Counted from the stretch's first letter, positions 31,684 to 50,602 are shown. The stretch: 64,000 nt of DNA from Rudaea sp. (GCA_031291055.1 JARLJU010000132.1:39427-103426); one strand, 5' to 3'. Notes: generated by a model not told the origin, from the letters alone. Numbers and translations are program-made.

Positions 31684-33492
31684 TCAGTACGTATCGCGGG
31701 CGTAGCGCCCGTCCGCGAGCAGACGGTTGAGATATTCCTCGGCGTCTTCAGGCGACTTGCCGCCATGGCTGGCGAGTACCTCGCGCAGCGCGGCGTGCAC
31801 GTCCTTCGCCATGCGCGCGGCATCACCGCAGACGTAGACATGTGCGCCGCCATCGATCCAGGCAAGGATTTCGCGACCGGCGGCAAGCAGACGCTGCTGC
31901 ACGTATACTTTTTCCGCCTGATCGCGCGAAAAGGCCAGATCGAGCCGGTGCAGCGTGCCGTTCCTGAGTGCTTCCTGCCATTCCAGCTGGTAGAGGAAGT
32001 CGCTGGAAAAATGCGGGTTGCCGAACAGCAACCAGTTGCGTCCGCCGGCGCCGGTGGCCGCGCGCTCCTGCAGGAAGCCGCGGAACGGCGCGACGCCGGT
32101 GCCGGGCCCGATCATGATGACGTCGCGGGAACCATCGGCGGGCAGGCGAAAGCGTTCGTTGGCTTCGACGAAGATCGGCACGCGTCCGCCCTCTTCGATG
32201 GCGGCCAGATGATGCGAGGCAGCGCCCCAGTGCGGCGTGCCGAATGCGTCGTAAGCAATGTGGGCAACGGTGAGGTGCGCTTCGGCGCCGACAACTTTCT
32301 GGCTTGACGCGATCGAATAAAGCCGCGGCACCAGCGGCCGCAGCGCTGCGACCAGTTCTTCAGCGCCCCACTCGGCCGGATACGCACGCAGCAGGTCGAT
32401 TGGCTGGTGGCTCGTGAGCAATTGGGCCAGCGCGGCGGCATTGTCCGGCGCCAGCAACCGATTGAGTTCGGCGCTGCGTGCCTGGGCGGCGTGCTGCGCG
32501 ACGAAAGGCCGCGGCAGGCGCGTGAGCTCGCGTTTCTCCGCGAGCCAGGTGGCCAGCGGATAAGTCTCACCGTTGTGACTGACCGCGCGTTCTCCATCGA
32601 GATTGAGCGTGTCCAGCAATGCCGCGACCAAGGCCGGCGGATTGCGCGGCCACACGCCGAGTGCGTCGCCGGGCTCGTAGGCCAGACCCGAGCCCTCCAG
32701 CGCGAATTCGAGATGGCGGATGTCTTTCGAGCTGATCCGTGCGCTGATGCGCTGGTTGAGCAACACCTCGGCGACGCAGGGTTTTTCGCGAGTCCCGCTG
32801 GCCGACGCCGCGTAAGGCCGCAATGGCGTCACCGTGGCCAGCGCGGGCACATTCGCCTTGAGCACCTCGCGTACCGCGGCGAGCGCGCGCTCGAGCCACG
32901 GGGTGGCGACGGATTCGACATCCAGATCGGCGTCGGCGCGCGCGATCAGGCGTGTTGCGGACAGTTCCGCGAGCCGCGAATCCAGGATCTGGCCGACCGC
33001 GCAGAACTTCGGATAACTGGAATCGCCGAGGCCAAGGACCGCGTACTTGAGTTCGTTCAAGGTCGGTGCGCGCTTGCCGCAGATGAACTCTACCAGGCCG
33101 CGCGCATCGTCGGGCGGATCGCCGTCGCCCTGGGTGCTGACGACGACGATGAGCAGCCGTTCGGATTTCAGCTCGCGCTGCGGATAGGCGTCGGCGCGGA
33201 GCAGGCGCACGGCCAGTCCCGCGCGTTCGGCATCGCGTGCCAATTGCGTGGCCAGACGTTTGGCGTTGCCGGTCTGGCTGCCGTAGACGATGCTGAGCCG
33301 CTGCTGCGGAACGCTCTCGCGCTGCACCAGCGCGCGTGGCGCGCCCGCTGGCGCTTGTGCGCAGAGCCCCGCTGCATACCCGGACAACCAGTTCAACGCT
33401 GACGCGTCCAGCCCGTCGACCAGACGCGCAAGCAGATCCAGCTTGGCTTCGGCGAGCGGTGCGAACGGCAGGGCGGTGGATGCAGCGGCCAT
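31684..33492 (-). CDS. cysJ: Sulfite reductase flavoprotein subunit
   Basis: YGSQTGNA flavodoxin, [24 protein letters not shown]-terminal RYARDTY. Confidence 0.96.
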   Translation of the reverse strand: MAAASTALPFAPLAEAKLDLLARLVDGLDASALNWLSGYAAGLCAQAPAGAPRALVQRESVPQQRLSIVYGSQTGNAKRLATQLARDAERAGLAVRLLRADAYPQRELKSERLLIVVVSTQGDGDPPDDARGLVEFICGKRAPTLNELKYAVLGLGDSSYPKFCAVGQILDSRLAELSATRLIARADADLDVESVATPWLERALAAVREVLKANVPALATVTPLRPYAASASGTREKPCVAEVLLNQRISARISSKDIRHLEFALEGSGLAYEPGDALGVWPRNPPALVAALLDTLNLDGERAVSHNGETYPLATWLAEKRELTRLPRPFVAQHAAQARSAELNRLLAPDNAAALAQLLTSHQPIDLLRAYPAEWGAEELVAALRPLVPRLYSIASSQKVVGAEAHLTVAHIAYDAFGTPHWGAASHHLAAIEEGGRVPIFVEANERFRLPADGSRDVIMIGPGTGVAPFRGFLQERAATGAGGRNWLLFGNPHFSSDFLYQLEWQEALRNGTLHRLDLAFSRDQAEKVYVQQRLLAAGREILAWIDGGAHVYVCGDAARMAKDVHAALREVLASHGGKSPEDAEEYLNRLLADGRYARDTY

Positions 33493-33622
33493 GGCGGAGC
33501 GGAATCTTGTTTGGACGGCTGGACGTCCGGATGGCGGCAATTTTGCTCCCCGCTCGCGTGTAGCGGAAACGCCGCTTGTGCATGTGCTTATGCCGTAAAG
33601 CCGCTATCCCGAAAACGTGAGG

Positions 33623-35053
33623 CTATGCCGCGCTTCTGGCCACCGACACGCCGAGCTGGAGGAGGATCGATTTTGCTGCCTCGCGGCCATCGTAGACTGC
33701 CCGCACGACCAGATCGGCCCCGCGCACGGCATCGCCACCGGCAAAGACTTTGGCGTGGCTGGTCTGCAGCGGCAGCCGGCCCGAATCACCGACGATGAGT
33801 TTCCCGCTCGCATCCGTTGCGATGCCGAACTCGCTGCACCACTCCGGCGGACTGGGCTGGAAGCCGAACGACAGGATCACGACGTCGGCCGCGATTTCCG
33901 TCTCGCTCCCGGGGACGATCTCGGGCCGCGCGCGGCCGTACCCGTCGGCCACGAGCCGGGTGTGTGCGACACGTACCGCCCGCACGCCATCGACGCCGCC
34001 CACGACTTCCAGTGGCTGGCGATTGAACAGGAACTCGACGCCCTCGTCGCGAGCGTATTTCACTTCGCGGCGCGAGCCGGGCATGTTCGCTTCATCGCGG
34101 CGATAGATACAGGTGACGCTCTCGGCATCCATGCGGATCGAAGTGCGCACGCAATCCATCGCGGTGTCGCCGCCGCCGAGCACGACCACGCGCCTGCCGG
34201 TCAGGTTGGGCAGTTCGGCCGGTACTTGCGTTGCGCCGAGAATGCGGCGCGCATTGGCGATCAGGAACGGCAGCGCGGAGTGCACTCCGGGCAGATCCTG
34301 TCCCGGCAATGCTGCGTCGACGAAGCGGTAGGCCCCGGTACCGATGAACACCGCATCGTAGCCATGCAGTAAAGTGGAAAATGCGACATCCTTACCAATT
34401 TCCACATTGAGGTGGAACCGTACGCCCATGCCTTCGAGCACGTCGCGGCGCGTACGCACTACACTCTTGTCGAGCTTGAACGGCGGGATCCCGAACGTGA
34501 GCAGGCCGCCGATTTCCTCGTAGCGGTCGAACACGTCCGCCGCCACGCCGGCCGCGGCGAGGCGGTCGGCGACTGCGAGTCCGGCAGGACCGGCGCCAAC
34601 GATGGCGACGCGCTTGCCGCTCGCGCCAGCCGCGGCGACGCTCGGCCGCCAGCCGCGCCGCAACGCTTCGTCGGTGACCCAGCGTTCGATCGCACCGATG
34701 GTCACGGCTTCGAAACCGGTTTCCAGCGTGCAATCGCCTTCGCAGAGGCGGTCATGCGGGCAGATGCGCCCGCAGATTTCCGGCAACGGATTGGTTTCGT
34801 GCATCAGCGCCGCGGCGTCTTCGATGCGTCCATCGCGCACCAGCTTCAGCCACTGCGGGATGCGATTGTGCAGCGGGCATCCCCAGGAGCAGTAGGGATT
34901 GCCGCAGTCGATGCAGCGCGAGGCCTGGTCCGCCGCATCGGCGCTGGCGAAGTCGCCGTGGATCTCGCCGTAGCCAAGCACGCGAATCGCCACGGGCACT
35001 TCGCGCGGCAGGGCACGATGGAACTTGAGGAAGGGGAAGATTTTCTCGCTCAT
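33623..35053 (-). CDS. gltD: Glutamate synthase small subunit
   Basis: RCIDCGNPYC...CP, CGRICP..RLCEGDC, GAGPAG, GGGDTAMDC. Confidence 0.95.
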   Translation of the reverse strand: MSEKIFPFLKFHRALPREVPVAIRVLGYGEIHGDFASADAADQASRCIDCGNPYCSWGCPLHNRIPQWLKLVRDGRIEDAAALMHETNPLPEICGRICPHDRLCEGDCTLETGFEAVTIGAIERWVTDEALRRGWRPSVAAAGASGKRVAIVGAGPAGLAVADRLAAAGVAADVFDRYEEIGGLLTFGIPPFKLDKSVVRTRRDVLEGMGVRFHLNVEIGKDVAFSTLLHGYDAVFIGTGAYRFVDAALPGQDLPGVHSALPFLIANARRILGATQVPAELPNLTGRRVVVLGGGDTAMDCVRTSIRMDAESVTCIYRRDEANMPGSRREVKYARDEGVEFLFNRQPLEVVGGVDGVRAVRVAHTRLVADGYGRARPEIVPGSETEIAADVVILSFGFQPSPPEWCSEFGIATDASGKLIVGDSGRLPLQTSHAKVFAGGDAVRGADLVVRAVYDGREAAKSILLQLGVSVARSAA

Positions 35054-35062
35054 GTCGGCTCG

Positions 35063-39520
<4,458 letters not shown>

Positions 39521-39708
39521 CGCAGGACTCGGACAGGCGTGACACCGGCCGATTCTGCCGACTCGCGCAAATTCGAAGTATTCCCGGCCATTCCCTGGGC
39601 ACGGCGCCGCGCAGACAGGTTTGCCTGCAGCAACGACTAAAGCACAATTGCTGCATGGCGTCAAAGCATTTTGGATGGCCAAACGCCGATTACGCCTGCT
39701 GCAGCCGA

Positions 39709-41455
<1,747 letters not shown>

Positions 41456-41602
41456 TCATGATGCAATAGCAAAACATTTGCTTGAGTGCTCGAAAGGCGT
41501 ATGTTTTACTCCCGAGGCTGAGTCGGCGCCGCCTGTGGAGTGCGCGGCGACGATGGAAAAATGTGTCTCCCGCAACGTCGATGACCGATCGCAGGAACGA
41601 CC

Positions 41603-42685
41603 ATGAATGCAACCATTCCAGTGCCTTCGGCGCGGCGATCGGCCGGTCTGGCGATGCTGCTGCTCGGCGCTTCCCTCGGTTGCACCGCCGCCGGCATTCC
41701 GAAAAGTACACCGCAGAACGCGGACGCCCAGTTCGGCGGCCAGTGCGTGGAAGCGCTCGCGAGCGGCCATCACACGATGACCGACTGCTCGGTCAACTGG
41801 ACTGCCAAGGACGGCAAGCTCTACTGCTTCAAGGATGCGGCCGCCAAGACGGCGTTTCTCGCGAATCCGGCCGAAGCGCTGGAACGCGCGCGCAGTTTCA
41901 TCGCTGCCGGCAACGTGCAATCGACCGAACAAGCGATGCAGGATTTCGAAGGCAGCGATGCCGAGATGCTGGTCAAGCGCTACATTCAGAACAGGAGCGG
42001 CGCGAACGCCGGCATCTTTGCACTGGAAGATCCGCTTACCGGCGAGCATCTGGATCTTGTCTACGACGATATCGATTTCACCCGCACCATCGACGGTTAC
42101 GGTTTCTTTCCCGACGTCAAATTCCATGAGCGCAAAGACGCGCAGAAAAAATACCTGATCGATTTCTGGGTACTGCCCCAGAACGGCCAGTTGCTGGTGC
42201 AGGAAACGCGCATCTACAAGGCGCCGATGCAGGTCGAAGGCGCCTGGACACTGGTAACGCGGCAGCCCGTGCCGTGGTGGTGGATTCCGGCATCCGAGCA
42301 TCCCGGTCACGTGGCGCAGAAGCGCGGCTGGGAGGTCATGTCGGCGGTGGAACAAGACGTGCTCAGGCAAAGCCTGAAAGGCAACGGCGTGTTCAACCTC
42401 AAGGACGAGAAGACCGGCAAGGATCTGCAACTGAGTTTCATCGACACGCATCAACCGATACGCCAGCTCGACGACAACGGGCACTACTTCGCCTGCACCG
42501 ATTTCCGCGCCGTCGGCACCAGGGACCAGATCTATGACATCGACTTCTGGCTGAGCGAGAAGAACGGAGCGATGACGGTGGATCAGGTTCGTGTACACAA
42601 GGTGCCCGAGCTCAAGGATGGCCACTGGATCCAGGTGCCGCGCTACAGTTTCAAGGATCTGGGCGACTCGCACGTCGTGCCATGA
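41603..42685 (+). CDS. Exported hypothetical protein: YHS-like N-terminal domain plus two tandem repeat domains
   Basis: Signal peptide; FGGQC...DGKLYCF..AAK.AFLANP; internal repeat F.L.D..TG..L.L...Y.IDFW....G...V...R..K.P occurs twice. Confidence 0.7.
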   Translation: MNATIPVPSARRSAGLAMLLLGASLGCTAAGIPKSTPQNADAQFGGQCVEALASGHHTMTDCSVNWTAKDGKLYCFKDAAAKTAFLANPAEALERARSFIAAGNVQSTEQAMQDFEGSDAEMLVKRYIQNRSGANAGIFALEDPLTGEHLDLVYDDIDFTRTIDGYGFFPDVKFHERKDAQKKYLIDFWVLPQNGQLLVQETRIYKAPMQVEGAWTLVTRQPVPWWWIPASEHPGHVAQKRGWEVMSAVEQDVLRQSLKGNGVFNLKDEKTGKDLQLSFIDTHQPIRQLDDNGHYFACTDFRAVGTRDQIYDIDFWLSEKNGAMTVDQVRVHKVPELKDGHWIQVPRYSFKDLGDSHVVP

Positions 42686-42691
42686 CCGCGT

Positions 42692-43393
42692 TCAGGCGGC
42701 GCTCGACGGCAACTGCCGCGGCGCTGTGTCCTGATCGACGTAGTCCGGAACCGCGGCCAGGGTTTCGATGATGGGACAATCCAGTTCCGCGACCGGCCGG
42801 CCTTCGTTGTAGCCATGGGGAACGCAGATCACGCCGCAGCCGGCGGCCCGCGCGGCGGCAACGTCGTTGACCGAATCGCCGACCATCAGGGTTTCCCGCG
42901 GCTCGACGCGCAGCGTGCGGCAGGCAAACCAGAGCAGCGCCGGATGCGGCTTCGGCATCGCGGTGCGGTCGCCGCCGATCACGACATCCAGGTATTTGGC
43001 CAGGCCGTAGTGAGCGAGTGTCGCATCGGCGAAGCGCTGCAGCGCATTGGTCACGACGCCGGTCTTGACGCCGCGCGCGCGCAGACCGCGCAGGCATTCG
43101 ACCGCGCCCGCAAACGCCGAGCCCTCGCTGCCGATGCGTGTGGCGTACTCGCGCACATAGTCATCGAACACCGCGGCGAGCAGGCGCTCGTCGTTCAGGC
43201 CCTGCGTGCCGAGCGCGCGTTTGATCAGTACACGCGCACCCCTGCCGACCAAGTCGGCGATCTTCGCCGGTGCGAGGGCCCGCATTCCATTTTTACACAA
43301 CGCAGCATTCAGCGCCGCGGCGATGTCGGGCGCGGTATGCACTAGCGTGCCGTCCATGTCGAACAGCACGGCGCGGAAGCGCGCGCCGGTCAT
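42692..43393 (-). CDS. cbbZ: Phosphoglycolate phosphatase (HAD)
   Basis: FDMDGTLV, VVTN, KPHP, MVGDSVND; last gene of the cbb operon. Confidence 0.88.
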   Translation of the reverse strand: MTGARFRAVLFDMDGTLVHTAPDIAAALNAALCKNGMRALAPAKIADLVGRGARVLIKRALGTQGLNDERLLAAVFDDYVREYATRIGSEGSAFAGAVECLRGLRARGVKTGVVTNALQRFADATLAHYGLAKYLDVVIGGDRTAMPKPHPALLWFACRTLRVEPRETLMVGDSVNDVAAARAAGCGVICVPHGYNEGRPVAELDCPIIETLAAVPDYVDQDTAPRQLPSSAA

Positions 43394-43629
43394 GCGGCCT
43401 CCTTGCGCAATGCCGCGACGCGCACCCGGCCAATGGTGCGCGCGGTAGCCGGAGCGGGCCGGCCGGACTGCCATTCCGCCTCGCGCCGCCGACCTTCGGG
43501 GAGGGAGGTCCATCGGTCGGTCGGCGCGGACGGAATGTCTAACTGGCCGTGCGGCTGGCCGCGCGCATCGCGCATGCTGCGCATTGTGTCCTGCCGGCGG
43601 ACGTTTTCGGATTGTACGCACGCGTTCAT
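43390..43629 (-). CDS. Small hypothetical ORF between cbbP and cbbZ
   Basis: SD-like AGGACGAGG before ATG; ends KEAA* with ATGA overlap on cbbZ; no recognisable motif. Confidence 0.35.
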   Translation of the reverse strand: MNACVQSENVRRQDTMRSMRDARGQPHGQLDIPSAPTDRWTSLPEGRRREAEWQSGRPAPATARTIGRVRVAALRKEAA

Positions 43630-43642
43630 CGCCTCGTCCTGG

Positions 43643-44524
43643 TCAGGCCGCGATCGCGCGGCGTTTGCGATCCATCAACTGCAGGATCAGTGGGGTAAAG
43701 ATCAGCTCCATCGCCAGTCCCATCTTGCCGCCCGGCGCCACGATCGTGTTCGGCCGGCTCATGAACGAGTCGTGCAGCATGCTCAGCAGATACGGAAAGT
43801 CGATGCCGCGCGGGTTGGTGAAACGGATCACGATGAAGCTCTCGTCCGCGCTGGGGATATAGCGCGCGATGAACGGATTGGAGGTGTCGACAATCGGCAC
43901 GCGCTGGAAATTGACATGCGTGCGCGAGAACTGCGGGCAGATATGGCTGACATAGTCGGGCATGCGCCGCAGGATCGTGTCCATCACCGCTTCGTGGCTG
44001 TAGCCGCGTGTGCTCTTGTCGCGGTGCAGCTTCTGGATCCATTCCAGATTCAGGATCGGCACGACGCCGACGCGCAGGTCGGCATGCCTGCCGACATCGA
44101 TATCGCCATCGACCGCGGCGCCGTGCAGGCCTTCGTAAAACAGCAGGTCGGTATCCGCCGGCACGTTCTCCCATGGCGTGAATGTGCCCGGTTCCTGCGC
44201 GTACGCTGCAGCCTCGCGTTCATCATGCAGGTATTTGCGGAATTTGCCGCTACCGGTCGCGCCATAGTCGCGAAACAGCGCTTCGAGTTCGCCGAACAGA
44301 TTCGCCTCGGGGCCGAAGTGGCTGAAGTGGCGATTGCCATTTTCCTCGGCCGCCTTCATCGTCGCGCGCATGCTCTTGCGGTCGTAGAGATGGAATGCGT
44401 CGCCTTCGATCATCTGCGCATCGACGCCTTCGCGCCGGAAGATGTTGACGAAGCTGGTCATGACCGTCGTCGTGCCCGCGCCGGAGGAACCGGTGACCGC
44501 AATGACGGGATGCTGGATGGACAT
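43643..44524 (-). CDS. cbbP: Phosphoribulokinase (proteobacterial type)
   Basis: IAVTGSSGAGTT, IEGDAFH, FSHFGPEAN, YEGLHG, NLEWIQKLHRD...RGYS. Confidence 0.96.
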   Translation of the reverse strand: MSIQHPVIAVTGSSGAGTTTVMTSFVNIFRREGVDAQMIEGDAFHLYDRKSMRATMKAAEENGNRHFSHFGPEANLFGELEALFRDYGATGSGKFRKYLHDEREAAAYAQEPGTFTPWENVPADTDLLFYEGLHGAAVDGDIDVGRHADLRVGVVPILNLEWIQKLHRDKSTRGYSHEAVMDTILRRMPDYVSHICPQFSRTHVNFQRVPIVDTSNPFIARYIPSADESFIVIRFTNPRGIDFPYLLSMLHDSFMSRPNTIVAPGGKMGLAMELIFTPLILQLMDRKRRAIAA

Positions 44525-44543
44525 GGCCTGCGTCTCCCCTGGA

Positions 44544-45626
44544 TCAGGCACGTGCTTCGGGCCGGAACAACGAGCGTTCGTTGAACAGCGGCGAGGTGAA
44601 CGGTTTGTCCGTGCCGGCATCGAACACACAGTGGTAGTGCTCGATGCGTTCGACTTCGCGGCGTGAGCCGAGCACGACGCCGATGCGCTGGTGCAGCGAG
44701 TCTGGCTGCTGGTCGAGCAGACGCGCGCGCCCGGTCGATGCGGCGCCACCGGCCTGTTCGATCAGCATCGCCATCGGATTGGCCTCGTAGAGCAGGCGCA
44801 GGCGTCCGGCTTTCTTCGGATCCTTGTTGTCGCGCGGATACATGAACACGCCGCCGCGGATCAGGATGCGATGCACTTCCGCGACCATGGCCGCGAACCA
44901 GCGCATGTTGAAGTCGCGGCCGCGCGGCCCGGTCTTGCCGGCCTTGCACTCCTGGACGTAGCGTTGCATCGGCGGTTCCCAGAAGCGTTCGTTCGAGGTA
45001 TTGATCGCGAATTCGCTGGTCTCTTCCGGCACGCGGAGATCCGGATGGGTGAGGACGAAATTGCCGATCTCGCGGTCGAGCGTGAAACCATGCGTGCCGC
45101 GGCCGACACTGAGCACCAGCACGGTCGATGGCCCGTAGATCGCATAGCCGGCAGCGATCTGCCTGTTGCCGGGTTGCAGGAAGTCGCCGACCCGCGGCGC
45201 CGCATCGCCCTGATGCACGAGCACCGAAAAGATCGTACCGATGGCGACATTCAAATCGATATTGGCCGAGCCATCGAGTGGATCGAACAGCAGTAGCAGG
45301 CGTCCGCGAGCGTATTCGGCCGGGATCTCGAATGGTCCCTCCATTTCCTCCGATGCCATGCTGGCGACGAGGCCGCCCCAGTCGCAATGCCGCAGGATGA
45401 TTTCATTGGTGAGCACGTCGAGCGGTTTCTGCGTCTCGCCCTGGACGTTGACGGTTTCCAGCGATTCCTGATTGCCGCCGCCGAGCGCGCCCTTTGCCGC
45501 CACGGCGCTGATCGTCTTGATGGCCGCCGCCACATCCACCAGCAATGCCGCCAGTGCATTGCTGTCCGGCGAGCCCCTGAGTTGCTCGATCAGGAATTTC
45601 GACAAGGTGGTGCGGCCGTGCAGCAT
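44544..45626 (-). CDS. cbbF: Class 1 fructose-1,6/sedoheptulose-1,7-bisphosphatase
   Basis: [35 protein letters not shown]. Confidence 0.94.
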   Translation of the reverse strand: MLHGRTTLSKFLIEQLRGSPDSNALAALLVDVAAAIKTISAVAAKGALGGGNQESLETVNVQGETQKPLDVLTNEIILRHCDWGGLVASMASEEMEGPFEIPAEYARGRLLLLFDPLDGSANIDLNVAIGTIFSVLVHQGDAAPRVGDFLQPGNRQIAAGYAIYGPSTVLVLSVGRGTHGFTLDREIGNFVLTHPDLRVPEETSEFAINTSNERFWEPPMQRYVQECKAGKTGPRGRDFNMRWFAAMVAEVHRILIRGGVFMYPRDNKDPKKAGRLRLLYEANPMAMLIEQAGGAASTGRARLLDQQPDSLHQRIGVVLGSRREVERIEHYHCVFDAGTDKPFTSPLFNERSLFRPEARA

Positions 45627-45643
45627 GATCTGTCTCCGGGTCG

Positions 45644-46585
45644 TCAGTCTGGCGTTGCAGCGTCGCGCCCGCCGCTGAACACGCGGCTGGCGCGAATGTC
45701 TTCTGCCGCGATCGTCATCAGGCTGTCGCGATCCGGCACGCCGCCCGCTCCGGCGCGCGCGAACAGTCGCCCGGCCTGGCGCAGGCGTGAACGGTCGAGT
45801 GCATTGCGCATCGAACGCGCGTTGGCGAAATGCGGCTGCGCGATGCGCAAGCCGATGTACTCGCGCAGCGCCGCAAGTGCCGGCGTGTCGAAACGATAGT
45901 CGATGCGCGCGGCGAGCAGTTGCGTTATCTGCAGCAACTCGTCGATCTCGTAGTCGGGAAAGTCGAGGTGATGCGCGACGCGCGACGCCAGGCCGGGATT
46001 GCTGCGGAAAAAAGTTTCCATGCGCGGCTTGTAGCCGGCCAGGATCACGACCAGATCGTCGCGCTGATTTTCCATGATTTGCAGCAGGATCTCGATGACC
46101 TCCTGGCCGTAGTCGCGCTCGTTTTCGGGCCGATACAGGTAGTACGCCTCGTCGATGAACAGCACGCCGCCCATCGCGCGCTTGAGCACATCCCTGGTCT
46201 TCGGCGCGGTGTGGCCGATGTACTGGCCGACCAGGTCGTCGCGCGTGACCGCGATCAGGTGGTTGCGGCGGATGTAGCCGAGCCGGTGCAGGATCTCGGC
46301 CATGCGCATGGCCACGGTCGTCTTGCCGGTGCCCGGGTTGCCGGTGAAGCTCATGTGCAGGCTCGGCGCGCCGGCCGTCAATCCAAGGCCGCGGCGCGCA
46401 TTGTCGACGAGCAGCAGCGCGGCGATCTCGCGGATGCGCGACTTGACCGGCGCCAGTCCGATCAGTTCGGCGTCGAGCTTGGCGAAAACATCGGCAATGC
46501 CGCTGTCGCGATACAGCGCCGCCAGATCCGTCGTGACTGGCGGCGGTTCGGGTGCTGCGGCAGTCGGCACAGCCAGGACAGTCAT
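45644..46585 (-). CDS. cbbX: Red-type RuBisCO activase CbbX
   Basis: [49 protein letters not shown]. Confidence 0.96.
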   Translation of the reverse strand: MTVLAVPTAAAPEPPPVTTDLAALYRDSGIADVFAKLDAELIGLAPVKSRIREIAALLLVDNARRGLGLTAGAPSLHMSFTGNPGTGKTTVAMRMAEILHRLGYIRRNHLIAVTRDDLVGQYIGHTAPKTRDVLKRAMGGVLFIDEAYYLYRPENERDYGQEVIEILLQIMENQRDDLVVILAGYKPRMETFFRSNPGLASRVAHHLDFPDYEIDELLQITQLLAARIDYRFDTPALAALREYIGLRIAQPHFANARSMRNALDRSRLRQAGRLFARAGAGGVPDRDSLMTIAAEDIRASRVFSGGRDAATPD

Positions 46586-46615
46586 CGCGTCACCTGTGTC
46601 GTTGTCCGCGCATCG

Positions 46616-47050
46616 CTAGTAGCGTTCGCCTTCGGGTTTGATCGCAGCGTAGCTGGCGACCGTGTACCGAATCTGCCGTCCTGCGACTTCCTGGCGCACC
46701 AGACCGAAACCGGGTTCGTGCTGCGGCCGATTGACGATGAAGCTCATCGCCGGACTCTCGACACCCCGGGTCGAATCAAACGCGAGCACGCGGATGTACT
46801 GGTCCGGAAAGGTTTTGCGGCAGGCGTTGATCTCCGCGAGTATGCCAGCGGCATCCTGCAGATCGAACATCGGATTGGCGTACATCTCCCAATAGGTGTT
46901 GCGCGGATGCGGATCGTCGGTGTACTCGACGCTGACCGCCCAGCCGTTCTTCAGCGCGTGGTTGATCTGCGCCGTGATCTGCACATCGGTGAGATCGGGC
47001 AGGAAGGAAAACTGACCCTGGGTAATGCGATTGCCGGGATTGGTCATCAT
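46616..47050 (-). CDS. cbbS: RuBisCO small subunit, red type
   Basis: [29 protein letters not shown]-terminal EPGF.L.RQE..GR.IRY hairpin extension. Confidence 0.96.
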   Translation of the reverse strand: MMTNPGNRITQGQFSFLPDLTDVQITAQINHALKNGWAVSVEYTDDPHPRNTYWEMYANPMFDLQDAAGILAEINACRKTFPDQYIRVLAFDSTRGVESPAMSFIVNRPQHEPGFGLVRQEVAGRQIRYTVASYAAIKPEGERY

Positions 47051-47060
47051 GCGGAGTTCC

Positions 47061-48560
<1,500 letters not shown>

Positions 48561-48605
48561 TCAGGCGCCGACGATGTCGACTGATGCATCGACCTTAAAA
48601 CTGTC

Positions 48606-48658
48606 TTACCATCAGGTAAAGTCAGAATTCCTGACTGCGACATAAGCTTTTACTTATG
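48606..48658. promoter_or_regulatory. CbbR operator: three LysR-type dyads in the cbbL/cbbR divergent region
   Basis: TTACC-N4-GGTAA (48606-48619), AGTCAG-N5-CTGACT (48620-48636; TCA-N7-TGA), CATAAG-N6-CTTATG (48641-48658, overlapping cbbR ATG). Confidence 0.75.
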
Positions 48659-49648
48659 ATCCGCAGAGTCACGTTCCGGCAACTGCAGATTTTCTGCGCG
48701 GTCACGCGCCAGCTGAGCTTCGTGCGTGCGAGCGAGGAATTGCACCTGAGCCAGCCGGCGGTTTCGATGCAGGTCAGGCAGCTTGAAGAGGTGCTTGGAT
48801 TGGCCCTGATCGACCGGTTCGGCAAGCGCCTGCGCGTGACCGAGGCCGGACGCCGCTTCCACGAGCATGCAGCGCGCGTGATCGGCGAACTGCACGACGC
48901 GGAGGAAACGCTGAACCAGTTGAAAGGCCTGCGCGGCGGCACCGTCACCGTAGGCATGGTCAGCACGGCGAAATATTTCGTGCCCAAGTTGCTGGCGCGT
49001 TTCACCGCGCGCTACCCGGATGTGGAATTGCGCCTGCTGACCGGCAATCGCGGCAGCCTGCTCGGCTACCTGCATCGCAACGAAATCGATCTGGCGATCA
49101 TGGGCCGCCCGCCGCGGGAGCTCGACATGGTTGCCGAGGCGTTCGCGCAGCATCCCTATGTGTTCATCGCACCGGCCGATCATCGCCTGGCCGGCATTGC
49201 CGATGTCGATCTGTTTGACCTGCGCGACGAGACCATGCTGCTGCGCGAACCCGAATCCGGCACGCGTATGCTCAACGATGAATATTTCCACAAATGTCTT
49301 TTTACCCCTCGGCGCAGGATCGAGATGGGCAGCAACGAGACGATCAAGCAGGCGGTCATGGCTGGCATGGGCGTGGCGCTGTTGTCGCAACACACGCTGG
49401 GCCTGGAACTCAAGCACGGAGCGCTTGCGATCCTCGACGTCATCGGCACGCCGGTGATGCGTACCTGGCATGTGGCGCACCTGACCGAGAAACGTCATTC
49501 GCCGGCGGCCAAGGCGATGCGCGACTTCGTGCTCACGCACGGCGGTGCATACCTGCGCGACGAATTCGACACGCCGAAACAACGGCCCAAGGCACGCAGG
49601 CCGCCGGCAAAAACCACAGCTCGCAAACGTGCGCGCCGTCCATCATGA
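48656..49648 (+). CDS. cbbR: LysR-family Calvin cycle regulator CbbR
   Basis: TFRQLQIF...SFVRASEELHLSQPAVSMQ, VSTAKYFVP, LAIMGRPP, SNETIKQAVMAG; divergent from cbbL. Confidence 0.94.
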   Translation: MIRRVTFRQLQIFCAVTRQLSFVRASEELHLSQPAVSMQVRQLEEVLGLALIDRFGKRLRVTEAGRRFHEHAARVIGELHDAEETLNQLKGLRGGTVTVGMVSTAKYFVPKLLARFTARYPDVELRLLTGNRGSLLGYLHRNEIDLAIMGRPPRELDMVAEAFAQHPYVFIAPADHRLAGIADVDLFDLRDETMLLREPESGTRMLNDEYFHKCLFTPRRRIEMGSNETIKQAVMAGMGVALLSQHTLGLELKHGALAILDVIGTPVMRTWHVAHLTEKRHSPAAKAMRDFVLTHGGAYLRDEFDTPKQRPKARRPPAKTTARKRARRPS

Positions 49649-49756
49649 TCAAGTTCGTTGCGCTGAACTACAATCATGCCGACGGCGGCGACAGCTGCGT
49701 GCGGCGGAGAGAGAACCCATGTGCGTGCATTGTCTTGATCTGCGGCGCATGCGGCA

Positions 49757-50602
49757 ATGACGCGTAGCCGCGTGGCGGTCGCCACCGTGCTGGCCATGAT
49801 TGCCTTCGCGGGAAATTCGCTGCTGTGCCGCGTGGCGCTGAAAGCCACGCACATCGATGCGGCCACGTTCACGAGTGTCCGCATCGTGGCCGGTGCCGGC
49901 GTGCTGTGGCTGATCGTGCGCCTGCGTGATCGCGCACCGGGCGGAGCCGGCAACTGGCTCTCCGCGCTCGCGTTGTTCGCCTATGCCTGCGGCTTTTCGT
50001 TTGCGTATACCAGCCTACCTGCCGGCACCGGTGCCTTGCTGCTGTTCGGCGCCGTACAGGCGACCATGATCGGCTATGGCCTGTGGTCCGGCGAGCGCCT
50101 GCGCGGCCTGCAAGTCATCGGCCTGGCGGGCGCGTTTGCCGGTCTGATCGGCTTGATGCTGCCCGGCGTGGCGGCGCCATCGTTGCAGGGTTCGGGCTTG
50201 ATGCTCGCTGCCGGCCTTGCCTGGGGCATCTACTCACTGCGTGGCCGCAACGGCGGCGAGCCCACGCGCACGACCGCGGGAAATTTTCTGCGCGCGGTAC
50301 CTTTTGCCGCGGCATTGAGTATCGCCACCTTGCCCTGGATATCGCCGGATCCCGTGGGAATTGGCTGTGCGTTCGTCTCCGGGGCACTGACCTCGGGTGT
50401 GGGCTATGCGATCTGGTACACGGCGTTGAAGGGTTTGCGCGCAACCCAGGCGGCCACGGTGCAGCTCAGCGTACCGCTGATTGCGGCTGCAGGCGGCATC
50501 GCGTTTCTCGGTGAACACCTTACGTTGCGTCTATTGATTGCCGCGGTCGCGATCCTCGGCGGCATCGCCCTCGTGATTTTCAACCGGCAGCGCGCTGCAT
50601 GA
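49757..50602 (+). CDS. DMT/EamA-family transporter
   Basis: About 10 hydrophobic segments; AFAGNSLLCR, YAIWY, LGE motif. Confidence 0.85.
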   Translation: MTRSRVAVATVLAMIAFAGNSLLCRVALKATHIDAATFTSVRIVAGAGVLWLIVRLRDRAPGGAGNWLSALALFAYACGFSFAYTSLPAGTGALLLFGAVQATMIGYGLWSGERLRGLQVIGLAGAFAGLIGLMLPGVAAPSLQGSGLMLAAGLAWGIYSLRGRNGGEPTRTTAGNFLRAVPFAAALSIATLPWISPDPVGIGCAFVSGALTSGVGYAIWYTALKGLRATQAATVQLSVPLIAAAGGIAFLGEHLTLRLLIAAVAILGGIALVIFNRQRAA

